Source: a virus. Taken from it: DNA of 64,000 bases. Location: IMG/VR virus record IMGVR_UViG_3300046519_000190, positions 46,852 through 110,851 of that record, one strand, 5' to 3'. A model generated the notes under the pieces. That model did no database searches and was not told the origin of the DNA. It saw only the letters and a program-made list of their open reading frames with translations. This document shows, piece by piece, positions 29,301-39,189 of this stretch. Made by a program: the position numbers and the translations under genes. The stretch's first letter is position 1; each line of letters starts with the position of its first letter.

Positions 29301-30780
29301 CAGGAACGCACTGGAGCCCGCTCAAGCCCACATCGAAGGTGGTTACGTTCGTCTCTACCGATTCGGTGTAGAGAATCCACAAACCGATCCTGTGAGCTTG
29401 TGCGCGAGAGGTACAACCGAATGCGATTGTGTCCGTCTTGCGGTAGCCAAGGGTGTCGATGAGCTGCTTGTCTTCCACATACTCGATTTTCTGCTTGTAC
29501 AGGTCAGTCGGGTCGTTCCACTGAACCTGCACGACGCTGTGACGGTCCTTGCGAGCAGAACCCACACGGTTGAACAGACCATCGACCACGTTGGAGTTGT
29601 TGAACAGGAACTCAGGGTCGGCCGGCGAATCCTGTGTGACCTGAACCATACCGCCCGACCAGTACGACATACCCCGGAATACAGAACAGATGTCCTGGAT
29701 CACCTTGTAGGCTTCGCGCTGTGCAGTGATGACGGTGTTCAGGGTGAAGCGAGGCTCAGTCCCACCTTGACCGTCGTCCACCAGGCCGTCGCAGTAGCGA
29801 GCGATGGAGTACAGCTTGCCGACGTTGATGTTGGACTCTTTGATGAACTCGCCCAGACCATACCGCTTGTTGATCAGCAGGTCGCGCAGAATCCATGCCG
29901 GGTTGTTCGTGTACCCGATCTTGAACGAACCATCCCAGATACCCGTGTAGGTACGGTCGTCAGGGTTGTAGTTCGATGGGATGTTCACGTACAGACCATC
30001 GACCAGGTACGAACGACTTGGGATGTTGGTGAACTGCTCAGCATCGATGTTGAAACCAAACATCACCGAGTTCGGGTAGCTCAGTCGGCTGTTGATGATT
30101 TCGTAGTAGGAGTCGATGTAGGTATCGTTCAGCAGATACGAACTGGTCGAGTCCGGGGTGATACGAGTGATCTGGATTTTGTAGCTCGAACCAGGCTTCG
30201 GCAGACTGATCAGGTGCTCACGCTGGTACTTCGACCGCGACTTATCGTTGATCGAGACTGCGAAGTCTTCCGTGCCGGCGACCTTCACTGGCAAGAATGG
30301 ACCGTTGTCGACGGACATGGAGAAGCTGTAGGAGACCAGGGTGCCCGAGACGTCACCGCTCGCTTCGTCGGTAGACGACAGAGCTGGAAGCATCATGACG
30401 ATTCGAACGGCGTCCGCGTCGATGTCGTTGACGGTCAGCACGTATGGAGTCGCGTAGACGATCTTCAAGCCGATGTTGAACGGCGTGGAGATATCAGGGA
30501 AGCCATCGATCACTGTCTGATCTTGGCGGCCGTCACGGAACTCGTATGTGAAGCCGTTGTAGTTAGTCGTGCCGTCGGCGTTCTGGAGAGAGGTGCCATC
30601 CAGGAACACAGACTCGGCGCCGTTGACCAGGCCCTTGATCTGACCTTCACCCAGCAAGTCCAGAACAGACAGAAGCGCCTTACTCTTGATCGAGTCCGGT
30701 GCTGTGACTGGAGTTCTCGCTTCGTCGTCGCTGGACCCACCGCCAGCACCACCGACTCGCTTCAAATTATTGTCTGTCAT
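26356..30780 (-). CDS. Tail tip / host specificity protein J
   Basis: DLLGEGQIKGL, YTGIWDGSFK..YTNNPAWI, EPRF, FGCTSRAQAHRIG.W, FN3 domain, coiled-coil repeats, YVAGMGIG. Confidence 0.93.
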   Translation of the reverse strand: MTDNNLKRVGGAGGGSSDDEARTPVTAPDSIKSKALLSVLDLLGEGQIKGLVNGAESVFLDGTSLQNADGTTNYNGFTYEFRDGRQDQTVIDGFPDISTPFNIGLKIVYATPYVLTVNDIDADAVRIVMMLPALSSTDEASGDVSGTLVSYSFSMSVDNGPFLPVKVAGTEDFAVSINDKSRSKYQREHLISLPKPGSSYKIQITRITPDSTSSYLLNDTYIDSYYEIINSRLSYPNSVMFGFNIDAEQFTNIPSRSYLVDGLYVNIPSNYNPDDRTYTGIWDGSFKIGYTNNPAWILRDLLINKRYGLGEFIKESNINVGKLYSIARYCDGLVDDGQGGTEPRFTLNTVITAQREAYKVIQDICSVFRGMSYWSGGMVQVTQDSPADPEFLFNNSNVVDGLFNRVGSARKDRHSVVQVQWNDPTDLYKQKIEYVEDKQLIDTLGYRKTDTIAFGCTSRAQAHRIGLWILYTESVETNVTTFDVGLSGLQCVPGDIVKIHDQYKAGKRDGGRIKAVTRLGCTLDAPTDIAQGSVIAIQMPDGTFVEKNVVQAGTGLTDITFTAPFEANVKLPLVNSVWILTELSLVPQLARCVGVSQTDTPGRFTISVVDHNPSKYASIEQGLNLEHYPTTILDPTNSNPESMKIDEVTYLISSGQIGTKLDVSWEGKSMGYYVQWRMNSGAGATGWTQEYVTKPAYELLNVAGQCIYDFRVVGVSLTGKLSQELVGTYTTLGTLNPPKPPTNLTAVGDFRQIILNWKNPDIIDLDYIRIYENTVDDPTTAYVYDRTPGETYTRTGIPGLMKYWYWVTAVNRRGMESAKNSTAGTSAVAGVIARTDLDESLGTIIDTIGDGIDGILDDVKEITDGIDTKYDEITDGLKERVDDAFALAQAARSGNSIEGLLRNDDNFQIKQSITELGVSIGDNINAKVTALQEAAVSDRQAVAHSLEIVQAQFEEQDAAIIEEKTARASADEASATRLNGLDSKTNATNAALVQEQTTRATADSAQTTDITSLKSTTAATNAALTVEQTTRATADSAQATRLTALDSKTDTTNANLVSEQKTRADADSAMASDITIVRASVASANAAIQNEQTVRASQDSALSTSLSALTAAVNSNGTSINAALVSEQTARANADGALSSRIETTVAQNGANATAIQNETNARANADGALGTRIDTLTSKMAGDIAAAIQSEASVRANSDGALSSRVDTAQATANNATTAVQVASSSLASMDGKLSSQWTVKVQTLQNGQTYVAGMGIGIQNTAQGISQSQILLQADRVVMVNPANGYGVAPFQLISGIVFLNTAVIQDATITNAHIQDAAITYAKIGAGQIGTAHIGDATITTAKIGQLQVDSFRIGNNAVTIPYYGQIGGSGSQTAVIGYQNTVNMVIIASVVRSAKTFGGQPIYINLYSSAGSLLARVVAGYTNGWGGNGDYNQSTATAVYNFYVGAGSYFVTIDSDSQVNASVVILGAMK

Positions 30781-30782
30781 CT

Positions 30783-31352
30783 TCAACCCATCAGTTGGTC
30801 AATTGAAATCGATGCACTCACCGACTGACTGCCAACCAGGCAGCGGCCAAAAATGAGCGGTACTGGGATGCCCTGCGCTGACGTGTTCACCGGGCCGTTG
30901 AAGTAGTAGGACGTTCCGTCATCGCTTGAGCCGTCATCGCTCTTCGGACGTGGAGATAGCAACTCGATCAGACCACCCAGGGCCAAGCTGGCACCCATAG
31001 AGAATGCGGCCGGGCCAAGCCAGATTGCGGAAATCATCAGGATCACACCGACAACGATACGAGCACCAGCACTGGCGCCGCGCGTGATGGGTGTGAATCG
31101 GATGATCGCTGGTTGGGCTCTCTGCAAGCCGAAGGTGTCGTCGTTGAGGGCAACTTTCTTGCCGCTCTTGTCGACCACTGTTACTCGGTAGTTTGCATAC
31201 TTACTGGCGTTGGACTTCATCCAACTGGAGAATCCAGGGTCGTTGGCCTGGATGATTTGCAGGGCCTGGGCCGGAGTGGAGACAGCCAAGTCCCACTCCT
31301 TGCCGAAGCGTTTCCCTAGTGGACCATCAAGAATTACCTTCGTGAGTGCCAT
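30783..31352 (-). CDS. Tail assembly protein I
   Basis: LGKRFG, SYYFNGPVNTSAQGIPVPLIFG...VGS. Confidence 0.88.
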   Translation of the reverse strand: MALTKVILDGPLGKRFGKEWDLAVSTPAQALQIIQANDPGFSSWMKSNASKYANYRVTVVDKSGKKVALNDDTFGLQRAQPAIIRFTPITRGASAGARIVVGVILMISAIWLGPAAFSMGASLALGGLIELLSPRPKSDDGSSDDGTSYYFNGPVNTSAQGIPVPLIFGRCLVGSQSVSASISIDQLMG

Positions 31353-32097
31353 TATTCAATCCCGGATATCTGAGGTGAGCCACAGAATGCTTCTGCCAGT
31401 ACCCACCATAAATGGACCGGACAGACAATCTGTTTTCGCAATGATGGAGAATCATATCATCTCCAAGGTAAATCGCGACGTGATTCGCCACATTCCCGCC
31501 TGTCTGGATCAAAAACAGGTCGCCCTTTTCTGGTTGAGTGCCGAACAGTTTCTCGAACCCGAGTGTCTCGACAGCTTGTTCCATGAGCGGGTTGTTGTGC
31601 TCCCAGAATCGGGTGTCGCGGTTTTCACGCAGTCGTTCCAGTTCGATGCCGTACTCGCGCTTGTAGTAGTCCACCACCAGGGAGTAGCAGTCGATCACAC
31701 CGTAGTGATACGGCCGGCCGACATAGGGAAGCTCGTAGCCGGATGGCTCATAGACCGCAGTCTCGCTGAAAACGAAGTCTTCGCCCGACTTGTACACGGC
31801 TGTAATGAAGTAAGGCAGTTCAGATGCCTCACACTCAACCAGGTCTGACTCGGATGCGACATTCGTCCTGTTCGGATGCGAATGCCAGACACCGATGATT
31901 TCGCCCACCTCTGACGCCCGATGATACTCCTCGACACTGATGTCGAAAGTCGTCAGGGGTTGTAGTGCAGAGTTCTTGCAAGGAACGAACCCTTGCTTCT
32001 TCCCTTGCGCTACAACGAACCCGCACGCTTCATTTGGGAACTGAGCTGCTGCTTCGGTTTGAAACGCGCTATCGAGCGCAGAGACGTTAGGCTTCAT
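31327..32097 (-). CDS. Tail tip protein K (JAB plus NlpC/P60)
   Basis: PNEACG, WHSHP...SESD, DCYSLV.DYY, NHVAIYLG...ILHH. Confidence 0.9.
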   Translation of the reverse strand: MKPNVSALDSAFQTEAAAQFPNEACGFVVAQGKKQGFVPCKNSALQPLTTFDISVEEYHRASEVGEIIGVWHSHPNRTNVASESDLVECEASELPYFITAVYKSGEDFVFSETAVYEPSGYELPYVGRPYHYGVIDCYSLVVDYYKREYGIELERLRENRDTRFWEHNNPLMEQAVETLGFEKLFGTQPEKGDLFLIQTGGNVANHVAIYLGDDMILHHCENRLSVRSIYGGYWQKHSVAHLRYPGLNNGTHEGNS

Positions 32098-32785
32098 ATC
32101 GGGTAGCACCTGGGAAACCGCCAAATGGAAGGACACCTGTACCATACCGGCACTTGCATCCAGAAAGCATTTTCGAGCACACGTCCTTTGTAGCGTCGGC
32201 AGTGGGCTGGTCGAAGCGGTCGAAGAAAGCACCTGTCCAACCACACTCAGCACCACGATACTTCCAGGGACATGCGGACTTGAGCACCTGTCTGTAGGGC
32301 AGCATGACGCCCATCAGGTCGAATACCGATGCCAGTTCGAACTCAAGCTGGTAACGGTTCTCGGTTGTCTTCTGATCGATGAACCAGATGTCGTCTTCCA
32401 GATGCTGACTTGGGTCGGCTTCCGGGTTGACTCCACCTTCGAAGTTCACAGCGTCCAGGAAGCGGGCGAACGTGCGCTTGCGGGTCAGAACGCACCCGAG
32501 CAGGTCATCGTTGGCTGCAACCTCAGCGCTGAACAGACCACCGGTGTTTGCGACCTTGATCTTTGGACGAGGCAATGCACCCTGGGTAGTCATGTCGAAA
32601 CCGGTAGCTTCGATTGGCCAGGGTTGGTACACATTGTCCTGCCACACAACAGGTGCATTCAGCCCGTTGGTGCCAGAGTGGAAGTACAGAATGCCTCCGC
32701 TCTTCGTGCTGGTCATGTCGAGTTCGAACAACTCGATGAAGGACGAAGGCGAGAGGCTTTGAAGTTCTTCGGTGAATTTACTCAC
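32087..32785 (-). CDS. Minor tail protein L
   Basis: IELFELD, RKRTFARFLDAVNF, CPWKYRGAEC..C......C, LPFGGFPG. Confidence 0.92.
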   Translation of the reverse strand: MSKFTEELQSLSPSSFIELFELDMTSTKSGGILYFHSGTNGLNAPVVWQDNVYQPWPIEATGFDMTTQGALPRPKIKVANTGGLFSAEVAANDDLLGCVLTRKRTFARFLDAVNFEGGVNPEADPSQHLEDDIWFIDQKTTENRYQLEFELASVFDLMGVMLPYRQVLKSACPWKYRGAECGWTGAFFDRFDQPTADATKDVCSKMLSGCKCRYGTGVLPFGGFPGATRYEA

Positions 32786-33123
32786 GATTCAAATACCTGC
32801 TCGAAGGTTGACTTGAGCACAAGGTAGCCTTCCTCGGATGTGACTGTCCATTTTCTTGCGACATACACACCGGGTTCACCCAGCGGGTTGGTCCAGTTGA
32901 ACGCTTCAACGGCTCGACGAGCCCGCAGAAACGTCCTGATTGCCTGGATTTCACCGCTTGGGCGACCGCGACTGAACGTCACGGCCCAGCTTTGATGGTT
33001 CACGTTGATCACGTTGGAGAAACGGGATTCATACCCGTCTCCAAACTGGATGATCGACACTCTTGGCTCCTCGGTATTCTCCGAAGAGATATCGGGAAGC
33101 CAAGTGAATGTCTGTCTTGCCAT
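32782..33123 (-). CDS. Minor tail protein M
   Basis: FTW.P, QFGDGYE, F.WT.P, TFEQVF. Confidence 0.88.
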   Translation of the reverse strand: MARQTFTWLPDISSENTEEPRVSIIQFGDGYESRFSNVINVNHQSWAVTFSRGRPSGEIQAIRTFLRARRAVEAFNWTNPLGEPGVYVARKWTVTSEEGYLVLKSTFEQVFES

Positions 33124-33133
33124 TTGCTTCCCC

Positions 33134-36100
33134 TTACTTCCGCTTATCGATGATGCCGCCAGGTCGAGTCTCGGTCAGGAGGGTTTCCCGAACGATGTTT
33201 CGAATCTTGCCGGCCATGTCAGTCAGTGTGCTCTCGCTGGAGTCGCTGCTGGTGTTCTCGCTGCCATCGTTGTTGACCGTGATGTTGATGTTCACGGACC
33301 CGATGCCACCATCACCGCCACTCGATGCGCCAGCTCCAGTCATTGTAACCGGAATGGTTCGACCGTCGGGCAATGGCACATAAGCTTCTGGCTTCTTGCC
33401 TTCACCGTAGATCGCAACTTGTGGAGTGTTTGCGACACCGCCGTTTGCGTACTTCTTCAAGGCGAGCTGACCGTACTCAGTCATGATGCCGCCGTTGGCG
33501 AACTTGTAGGCGCTGCTGTAACCGGCTTGCGAAGCACCCAGGCTCGAAGAGGTTGCTGCGGCCGAACCTGCTTCAAAGCCGTTTGCGCCTGTACTGCCAC
33601 CGAATGCAGCCATACCGAGAGACAGCGCGCCGCTCAACCAACCACCGGCCGCAGAAGCGCTCGACGCAGCCTGAGCCATTGCTCGGGCGATCTGGATCTT
33701 CAACAGCTCCTGGAGGACGTAGACAACGAAGTCCTTCATGGCGAACTTACCAGTGGTCAGACCGGTAGCCAGCGTGTCGTTGAACTTGTCCATCGCGTCG
33801 CCCCACAGCGACTTGTACTGATCGGTTGCATCCTTGTTCACACGAATCCATTGCTCCAGACCGGATTCAGTGTCGCGCTGGTATTGCAGATCCAACTGAG
33901 TGCGGTAGGCGTTGTAGGAGGCCATCGCGTCGGAGTCTTGCGCGAGCTGTTTCTGGTGGTTGGCGTAGAACTCATCCGCCCACTTGCCCTGCCGATCGTA
34001 CTGCTGTTTTACCTTCTCGGTGTTGGTCAGCAAAGCATCGCTGATCGCGTTGGCGTCTTCCTGCATCTTCTTGGCGGTATCGCTGACCTTGAGGTCTTCG
34101 ATTTTCGCCTTGAGCACGTCAATCTGAGCCGCAGTGACTACCGCTTCGCCTTCGAGCTTCTTGAGCAGACCTTCACCCGAGCCGGCTACTTGAGCGTCAT
34201 AGGCTTTCTTCTTGGTTTCTTCCAGTTTGGTTTGCAGGTCGACGAGTTCTTCCTCGTAGCGAACTGCATCCGCGGACGCTTTCTCCCAGGGGTTGAGAGT
34301 CTCGACCTTGGCCAATTTGGCAGTGATCAACGAGCTGATCTGGCTGATACGCTCCTGAGCATCCTTGTACTCATTCGAGGAAGCGGTTACAGCCTTCTGA
34401 GCTTTCTCCAGCGCGAACAGTTGCTCGGCATACGACTTGCCGTCGGACACCATCTTGTCGAAGTTGGGCAGGTGTACGCCGCCCAGAGACTCCACAGTCG
34501 CTGCAAGTTGCGCGAGGTATGGGTTGGTCTCCTCAACCTTCGCATCGAGCGTAGCGAGCTTCTTACGCATCCCATCAACGAAGATGGTCAGCATGTCGAA
34601 AGCAACCTTCTGAGGTTTGCCGCCACCGGCCAGGAAGGTGTCGCTGAACTCTTTGGAAGATTCGAGCAGAGCTGTTTGCTGGTTGCCCAGTTCACCCAGA
34701 GACACACGCAGTTGGTTGGCAGCGATGACTTTGGCTTTGACAGCCTTGTCGTCGAGACCGATCACTGTGCCGTTGCTGGTGATTTCAGCCTTGTCGTTGA
34801 TTTCCTTCTGGATCTTGTCGAGCTGCTGATTGTACAGATCGGCTTGAGCTTGCAGCCGGGTTCTTTCCAGGGCCAGTTTCTGCGACTTGGTTTCGGCTTT
34901 GAAGGTATCAGTCTTGTCAGCGCCGGACTTCTCGCCTTCGGAGAGACGATCCGAGAACTTCTTCATGCCAGCTTCGTATTCTTTGTCGACCTTCGCCATA
35001 CCGTCAGACACAGCGGCGCGCGCAGCCTCAAACTCTACGTTGGCTTTCGACTTGATTACGTTGGCTTCACCGGTGCTGATCGCATCGAGCAACTGGGCGC
35101 TTTGCTTTTTCAGCTCATCGATTTTCTTCTTGTTGCCTTCAACGTCGATGTACTGACCGCTGAGAGCGCCAAGAGCACCCATGATCCCCGTTTTCTTGCC
35201 GGTAGCGAGGTCGTTGTCGTCTTCCAGACTCTTGATGTCTTTCGCGTTGGTCTTGATCTGCTCCTGAGCATCCATAATCTCTTTGAGACCGGCGCCCTGA
35301 CCCTTCGCATCGATCATCGCCTGGATACCAGCTTGTGCGGCCTTCTTGTACTCCCACCAGGAGTAAGCGCCGGCTGCAACTGCTGCTGTCAGCATACCGA
35401 TTGGACCGGTGGCGACCGCTGCGATACCACCGATCGTACCCAAAACACCGCGCATGGCTGTCATCGCACCAGTAGCTACACTGGATGCGCTCCGCATTTG
35501 CATCACGCCGTTGCTCAACTGAGTGAAGCTGGAAGCGATGTTTGCAAACTGGGTGCGTACTTGACCACCTGCACCCGCGAGCGAGCTGATGAATGTACCA
35601 GTGGCCGCTGTCAGAGCCCTGAGAATCGTCACAGCTTTGGTCGCTGCATAGATCGTCAGGAAGGCTTTGCCGAGTTCGATGATTTCAGAGCGATACTGGA
35701 TGATCCACTTGAGGCCATCGATTGCGCTGTTCATGACCTCAGTCAGACCAGCACCGAACGCTTTAGCGCTGGCGATAGTCGAAGGGTCTTTCAGGATATT
35801 GGTCAGCTCACGAATGCCCGACGTTACGCCGTGCATATAGGTGCCTTCACCGTAGCCTTCTTGGAAGCCACCAACGGTCAGCATCAGCTTGGTGAACTCT
35901 GTGCTCAATTGAGCAACAGCGCCGTTCCAGGTGTTCATCATCCGATCAGCAGCACCGGACGATGCAAGCTCCATTTCACGGAACATCGCGATGATCGCAG
36001 GCTCAGATTTGACCTTACCCTGGGAAATCTCTTTCACCAGTTTGGAGTAGGTTACGCCCAGGCCGTTGGCCATCTGTTGGATTGCGGTCGGAACAGCCTC

Positions 36101-36694
36101 ACCGAGTTGCTGACGCAGCTCTTCCATCGAGACAACACCCTTACCGGCCATCTGTTGAATCGCAACAGAGGCTCGTTTCAGGGCTTCGTCGTTACCACCG
36201 AACTGTGCAACCGAGTCGATCAGAGCGTTGAAGCCTTGTTCGATCGGCTCAATGCCGGACACTCGCAGCTTCACGAACGAGTCGGTGATTGCCTTGAGAG
36301 AGAAGGGTGCGTTCGAAGCTTTGGTCAGCAGCATGTTCACGTCAGCCATTGCCTGAGCAGTAGCTTTGACAGGATCAGTTTCCTTGGAGAAGGACTTCAT
36401 GAGCTGGATCGAACGCTGCATGTCGGCGTTGACGTCGATAATCGCCTTCTGCCAGCCCACAGTAGCGTCTGCGACCGTTCGGAACGCATCACGCACAAGG
36501 GCAAGGGTCAGGACTGTATCGCGAAGCAGACGCCCAAACGCACTGAAACTGGAATGGGTACTGTTGACTGCCCGGTTCGCACCTTGCGCACCGAGCACAA
36601 ACTGACCAAGGGCACCGGTGGCTTGACGCAAGCCCACGGTGAATTGACTGCCGTTAAGACTCAGGTCTAGGACCAGTTCGCCCAGGTTGGCCAT
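33134..36694 (-). CDS. Tape measure protein
   Basis: 1186 aa, helical; QMAGKGVVSMEELRQQLGE; FANGG...GEGKKPEAYVPL. Confidence 0.92.
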   Translation of the reverse strand: MANLGELVLDLSLNGSQFTVGLRQATGALGQFVLGAQGANRAVNSTHSSFSAFGRLLRDTVLTLALVRDAFRTVADATVGWQKAIIDVNADMQRSIQLMKSFSKETDPVKATAQAMADVNMLLTKASNAPFSLKAITDSFVKLRVSGIEPIEQGFNALIDSVAQFGGNDEALKRASVAIQQMAGKGVVSMEELRQQLGEAVPTAIQQMANGLGVTYSKLVKEISQGKVKSEPAIIAMFREMELASSGAADRMMNTWNGAVAQLSTEFTKLMLTVGGFQEGYGEGTYMHGVTSGIRELTNILKDPSTIASAKAFGAGLTEVMNSAIDGLKWIIQYRSEIIELGKAFLTIYAATKAVTILRALTAATGTFISSLAGAGGQVRTQFANIASSFTQLSNGVMQMRSASSVATGAMTAMRGVLGTIGGIAAVATGPIGMLTAAVAAGAYSWWEYKKAAQAGIQAMIDAKGQGAGLKEIMDAQEQIKTNAKDIKSLEDDNDLATGKKTGIMGALGALSGQYIDVEGNKKKIDELKKQSAQLLDAISTGEANVIKSKANVEFEAARAAVSDGMAKVDKEYEAGMKKFSDRLSEGEKSGADKTDTFKAETKSQKLALERTRLQAQADLYNQQLDKIQKEINDKAEITSNGTVIGLDDKAVKAKVIAANQLRVSLGELGNQQTALLESSKEFSDTFLAGGGKPQKVAFDMLTIFVDGMRKKLATLDAKVEETNPYLAQLAATVESLGGVHLPNFDKMVSDGKSYAEQLFALEKAQKAVTASSNEYKDAQERISQISSLITAKLAKVETLNPWEKASADAVRYEEELVDLQTKLEETKKKAYDAQVAGSGEGLLKKLEGEAVVTAAQIDVLKAKIEDLKVSDTAKKMQEDANAISDALLTNTEKVKQQYDRQGKWADEFYANHQKQLAQDSDAMASYNAYRTQLDLQYQRDTESGLEQWIRVNKDATDQYKSLWGDAMDKFNDTLATGLTTGKFAMKDFVVYVLQELLKIQIARAMAQAASSASAAGGWLSGALSLGMAAFGGSTGANGFEAGSAAATSSSLGASQAGYSSAYKFANGGIMTEYGQLALKKYANGGVANTPQVAIYGEGKKPEAYVPLPDGRTIPVTMTGAGASSGGDGGIGSVNINITVNNDGSENTSSDSSESTLTDMAGKIRNIVRETLLTETRPGGIIDKRK

Positions 36695-36700
36695 TGCTTT

Positions 36701-37038
36701 TTAACTCCCGCCTAAAAGTTTGTTGAATTTGGCGGAAACAGATGGTTCCGGGGCTACGATTGCGTTCCGCCGAATCGTCACTTTCTCGCCAATTTCCAGA
36801 GTAAGTCGACCAACGTGGTCGTTGATACGCTGGAGCTGTTCTTGGGATTGCGGCGGATGGACAAGCAGGTCTGACTGAATGTTGCGGATTTCGTGTTCCG
36901 CTTGAATCCTGCCGATCTGTTTCTCCATCATCCAAAACCGACGTGCTGGCATAGCCAGCACATGGGTATCAGTCCAACCGTAAAACCAGCAGAAGCGGGA
37001 AAAGATGAACGAGAAGTCAATCGCTTCGACGGTTAAAC
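36701..37038 (-). CDS. Tail assembly chaperone GT extension (-1 frame of G)
   Basis: The -1 frame is open from the slippery site: GLTVEAIDFSFIFSRFCWFYGWTDTHVLAMPARRFW...LLGGS*. Confidence 0.75.
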
Positions 37039-37413
37039 CTTTGGGGCTTCGACCTCAGACTCGACGACACCTTCACCGTTCAGCTTTGCTTCCTGCGCGG
37101 CCAGTGCTTCTTCGGCCATCTTCTGCGGGTCGCGGTTGGCGAACTCGAATACCGCCAGCATCTGCGGCATCGACAGACCACGTACCACCGATTCCGGGCA
37201 TTCCGGGATGATGGTTTGAATGGTCTTGATCATGTTCTCGAAGAAGGTTTCTTCACTTTGGCCCTTGCCCTTCCCTTTGGAAGCGGCGGCCTTTGCTACC
37301 TTGATGCTGTCCAGCAGTACGCCGACAGAGCGTTCGACCACACCGTATTCGACACCACGAATGGCGATCACACGGTTCAGTTCGGTCAGTTCGTCCAGGT
37401 TCAGAAGATCCAT
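37033..37413 (-). CDS. Tail assembly chaperone G
   Basis: Between major tail and tape measure genes; ends C CCA AAG GTT TAA. Confidence 0.8.
   Translation of the reverse strand: MDLLNLDELTELNRVIAIRGVEYGVVERSVGVLLDSIKVAKAAASKGKGKGQSEETFFENMIKTIQTIIPECPESVVRGLSMPQMLAVFEFANRDPQKMAEEALAAQEAKLNGEGVVESEVEAPKV
37039..37045 (-). other. -1 programmed frameshift site C CCA AAG
   Basis: In-frame X XXY YYZ heptamer two codons before the G stop; compare lambda G GGA AAG. Confidence 0.8.
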
Positions 37414-37464
37414 TGTTTAAGCTCCAATGCAGCGCCCCACAGGAGGGGCGCTTGGTGAGGATGA

Positions 37465-38007
37465 TTAAGGCTTGTTGACGGTAACAGATTTGTCGCCGTA
37501 GGTGAACAGGATACCGGTTTCGGAATCCGGGTAGCCTTTGAACTCGCAGTTGAACACGCGCTCGGCGTCGTACTTGTATGCGAAGTTCATCGCACCAGCA
37601 GTAGCGGCCAGCGGGATCACCAGGTCTTCCGAGTGGTCGCTGTCGGCGTTGGCAATCGGGTGCAGGGTCAGAGTTTTGGCTCGTTCCAGCAGCGACAGAC
37701 CAGTACCGGAGCTGACGACAACGTTCTTCTTCGGCGCCTGCGGGTCAGTGTTGTCGGTCAACAGGGTCGCACCAGGGATGATGGTGGCCATGTTTTCCAG
37801 AGTGGTTTCCACCAGCGGGCAAGTGACCGTGATGGTACGACCCATGATGTATTCGTTGGCGACGGTATCGCCGAACTGGTCCACCTTGGTTTCGTGAGTG
37901 GTGGTGGCAACAGCAACTTCGACACCACCAGTGGTGAAGCCCAAGTCAACGTTGTCGTAAAGCACGCGGCAGGTGCCCATGCGGATGTTTTCGGTACTCG
38001 ATGCCAT
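37465..38007 (-). CDS. Major tail tube protein
   Basis: DLGFTTGGVEV...VDQFG..., Thr-rich, located before G. Confidence 0.8.
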   Translation of the reverse strand: MASSTENIRMGTCRVLYDNVDLGFTTGGVEVAVATTTHETKVDQFGDTVANEYIMGRTITVTCPLVETTLENMATIIPGATLLTDNTDPQAPKKNVVVSSGTGLSLLERAKTLTLHPIANADSDHSEDLVIPLAATAGAMNFAYKYDAERVFNCEFKGYPDSETGILFTYGDKSVTVNKP

Positions 38008-38014
38008 TTTCGGG

Positions 38015-38392
38015 TTACTCCCAGTTAGCTGCAAAATTGTAGTTCACGGAAGCCTCGAATTGGCCTCCTTCGGTGCGTGGAAACACCAATGGGTCGTGTT
38101 CTGGCTTGATGAACCGGAAGTTCACCTCACCTCGTACTGCGCCCTCTGTCGTCAGCACCGGCATCAGATCGTTAGCCAGGTTGTAAGCGGCATCGATAGT
38201 AGCTGCTCGGACGATGACTTGGAAAGTGCCTTTTTTCAGACCGTGATACGGGTCGATGCCGACCGGTACGCGAGCCATCACCAGAATGCCGGTGTTGATA
38301 CCAGCCGGCATGTGGGTGTGAAACAGTGTGCGGCCCGGGATACCCAGGCCAGCTTGCTGAATGGTTGCTACAACCGCTTCTTGCAACTTCAT
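38015..38392 (-). CDS. Tail terminator / neck protein
   Basis: Position; FQVIVRA...A..LA. Confidence 0.65.
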   Translation of the reverse strand: MKLQEAVVATIQQAGLGIPGRTLFHTHMPAGINTGILVMARVPVGIDPYHGLKKGTFQVIVRAATIDAAYNLANDLMPVLTTEGAVRGEVNFRFIKPEHDPLVFPRTEGGQFEASVNYNFAANWE

Positions 38393-38841
38393 CGGATCGC
38401 TCCTTTAACGGCTGCTACGATGACTGCGCGCGCCTCTTTGGACTTCTCTTTCAGAGCCCGTGTGAGGTACTTGTAGCCAACAGTGTGACTGCTACCATCC
38501 TGCTTTGCCTGGGACAGCGGCCCCAGGTTGTAATTTGGGTCTTCGTGCATCTTGATCGAGTAGTCGTAGCCGTCGTGCGCTTCCAGATTGAGACGGCTGA
38601 CATCGACACCCACTTGAACTTGAACCTGGCCGAACTGACCCAGAGAGTTACGCTCCCTGGTTTCACTTGCGACGATGGCATTCTCAAGATCACCAGTGTC
38701 GATTGGCGCGTTTGCACGGGCTTCCTCGACAATGATTTGGGCAGCTTCACGAAGACCTGCAAGAGAACCGGCTTTGGTCCTGGCTTCTGTACGAGCAAGG
38801 TTTTTCAGGACTTTATCCAGACCGGTGATCTTCAAACCCAC
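38389..38841 (-). CDS. HK97 gp10-like neck protein
   Basis: ITGLDKVLKNL, APIDTGDLENAI, MHE, KYLTRAL. Confidence 0.8.
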   Translation of the reverse strand: MGLKITGLDKVLKNLARTEARTKAGSLAGLREAAQIIVEEARANAPIDTGDLENAIVASETRERNSLGQFGQVQVQVGVDVSRLNLEAHDGYDYSIKMHEDPNYNLGPLSQAKQDGSSHTVGYKYLTRALKEKSKEARAVIVAAVKGAIR

Positions 38842-39182
38842 GTCTGTAGCTCCACCTGGTAGTGATCGATCTGGCCGTACATATCGTAGACAGGTCGAAC
38901 ACCTTTGACCTCGTATTCATCAGCACCAACGGTCAGCAGATCGTTGTTCTGAGGTACGAAGCTCGGGTGGATGAGGGCTCGTCCTTGCTCGACGTTCTCG
39001 TCAGCGAAGGACTTGGTGCCAGATTTGTCTGCACGCACGGAAGTTTGCTGCACGCCATCCGTAACACGGACGATGGACAGACCAACTTTCACTTTTGGAC
39101 CAAAGAGACGATCGCCAGTGACTGTGAAGTCTTCACTGGCGCGTTTGATGTACCCGATGGTCGTAGGGATAAATGCGCTCAT
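38832..39182 (-). CDS. Head-tail joining (closure) protein
   Basis: Position and beta-rich composition; HYQVEL. Confidence 0.65.
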   Translation of the reverse strand: MSAFIPTTIGYIKRASEDFTVTGDRLFGPKVKVGLSIVRVTDGVQQTSVRADKSGTKSFADENVEQGRALIHPSFVPQNNDLLTVGADEYEVKGVRPVYDMYGQIDHYQVELQTWV

Positions 39183-39189
39183 GCCCACA

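Noticed and set aside
20986-36670. Very long plus-strand ORFs (e.g. 20986-24087, 26299-28617, 28714-30828, 33005-36670)
   Set aside because: Antisense shadows of clear tail genes, caused by codon bias; no motifs or RBS
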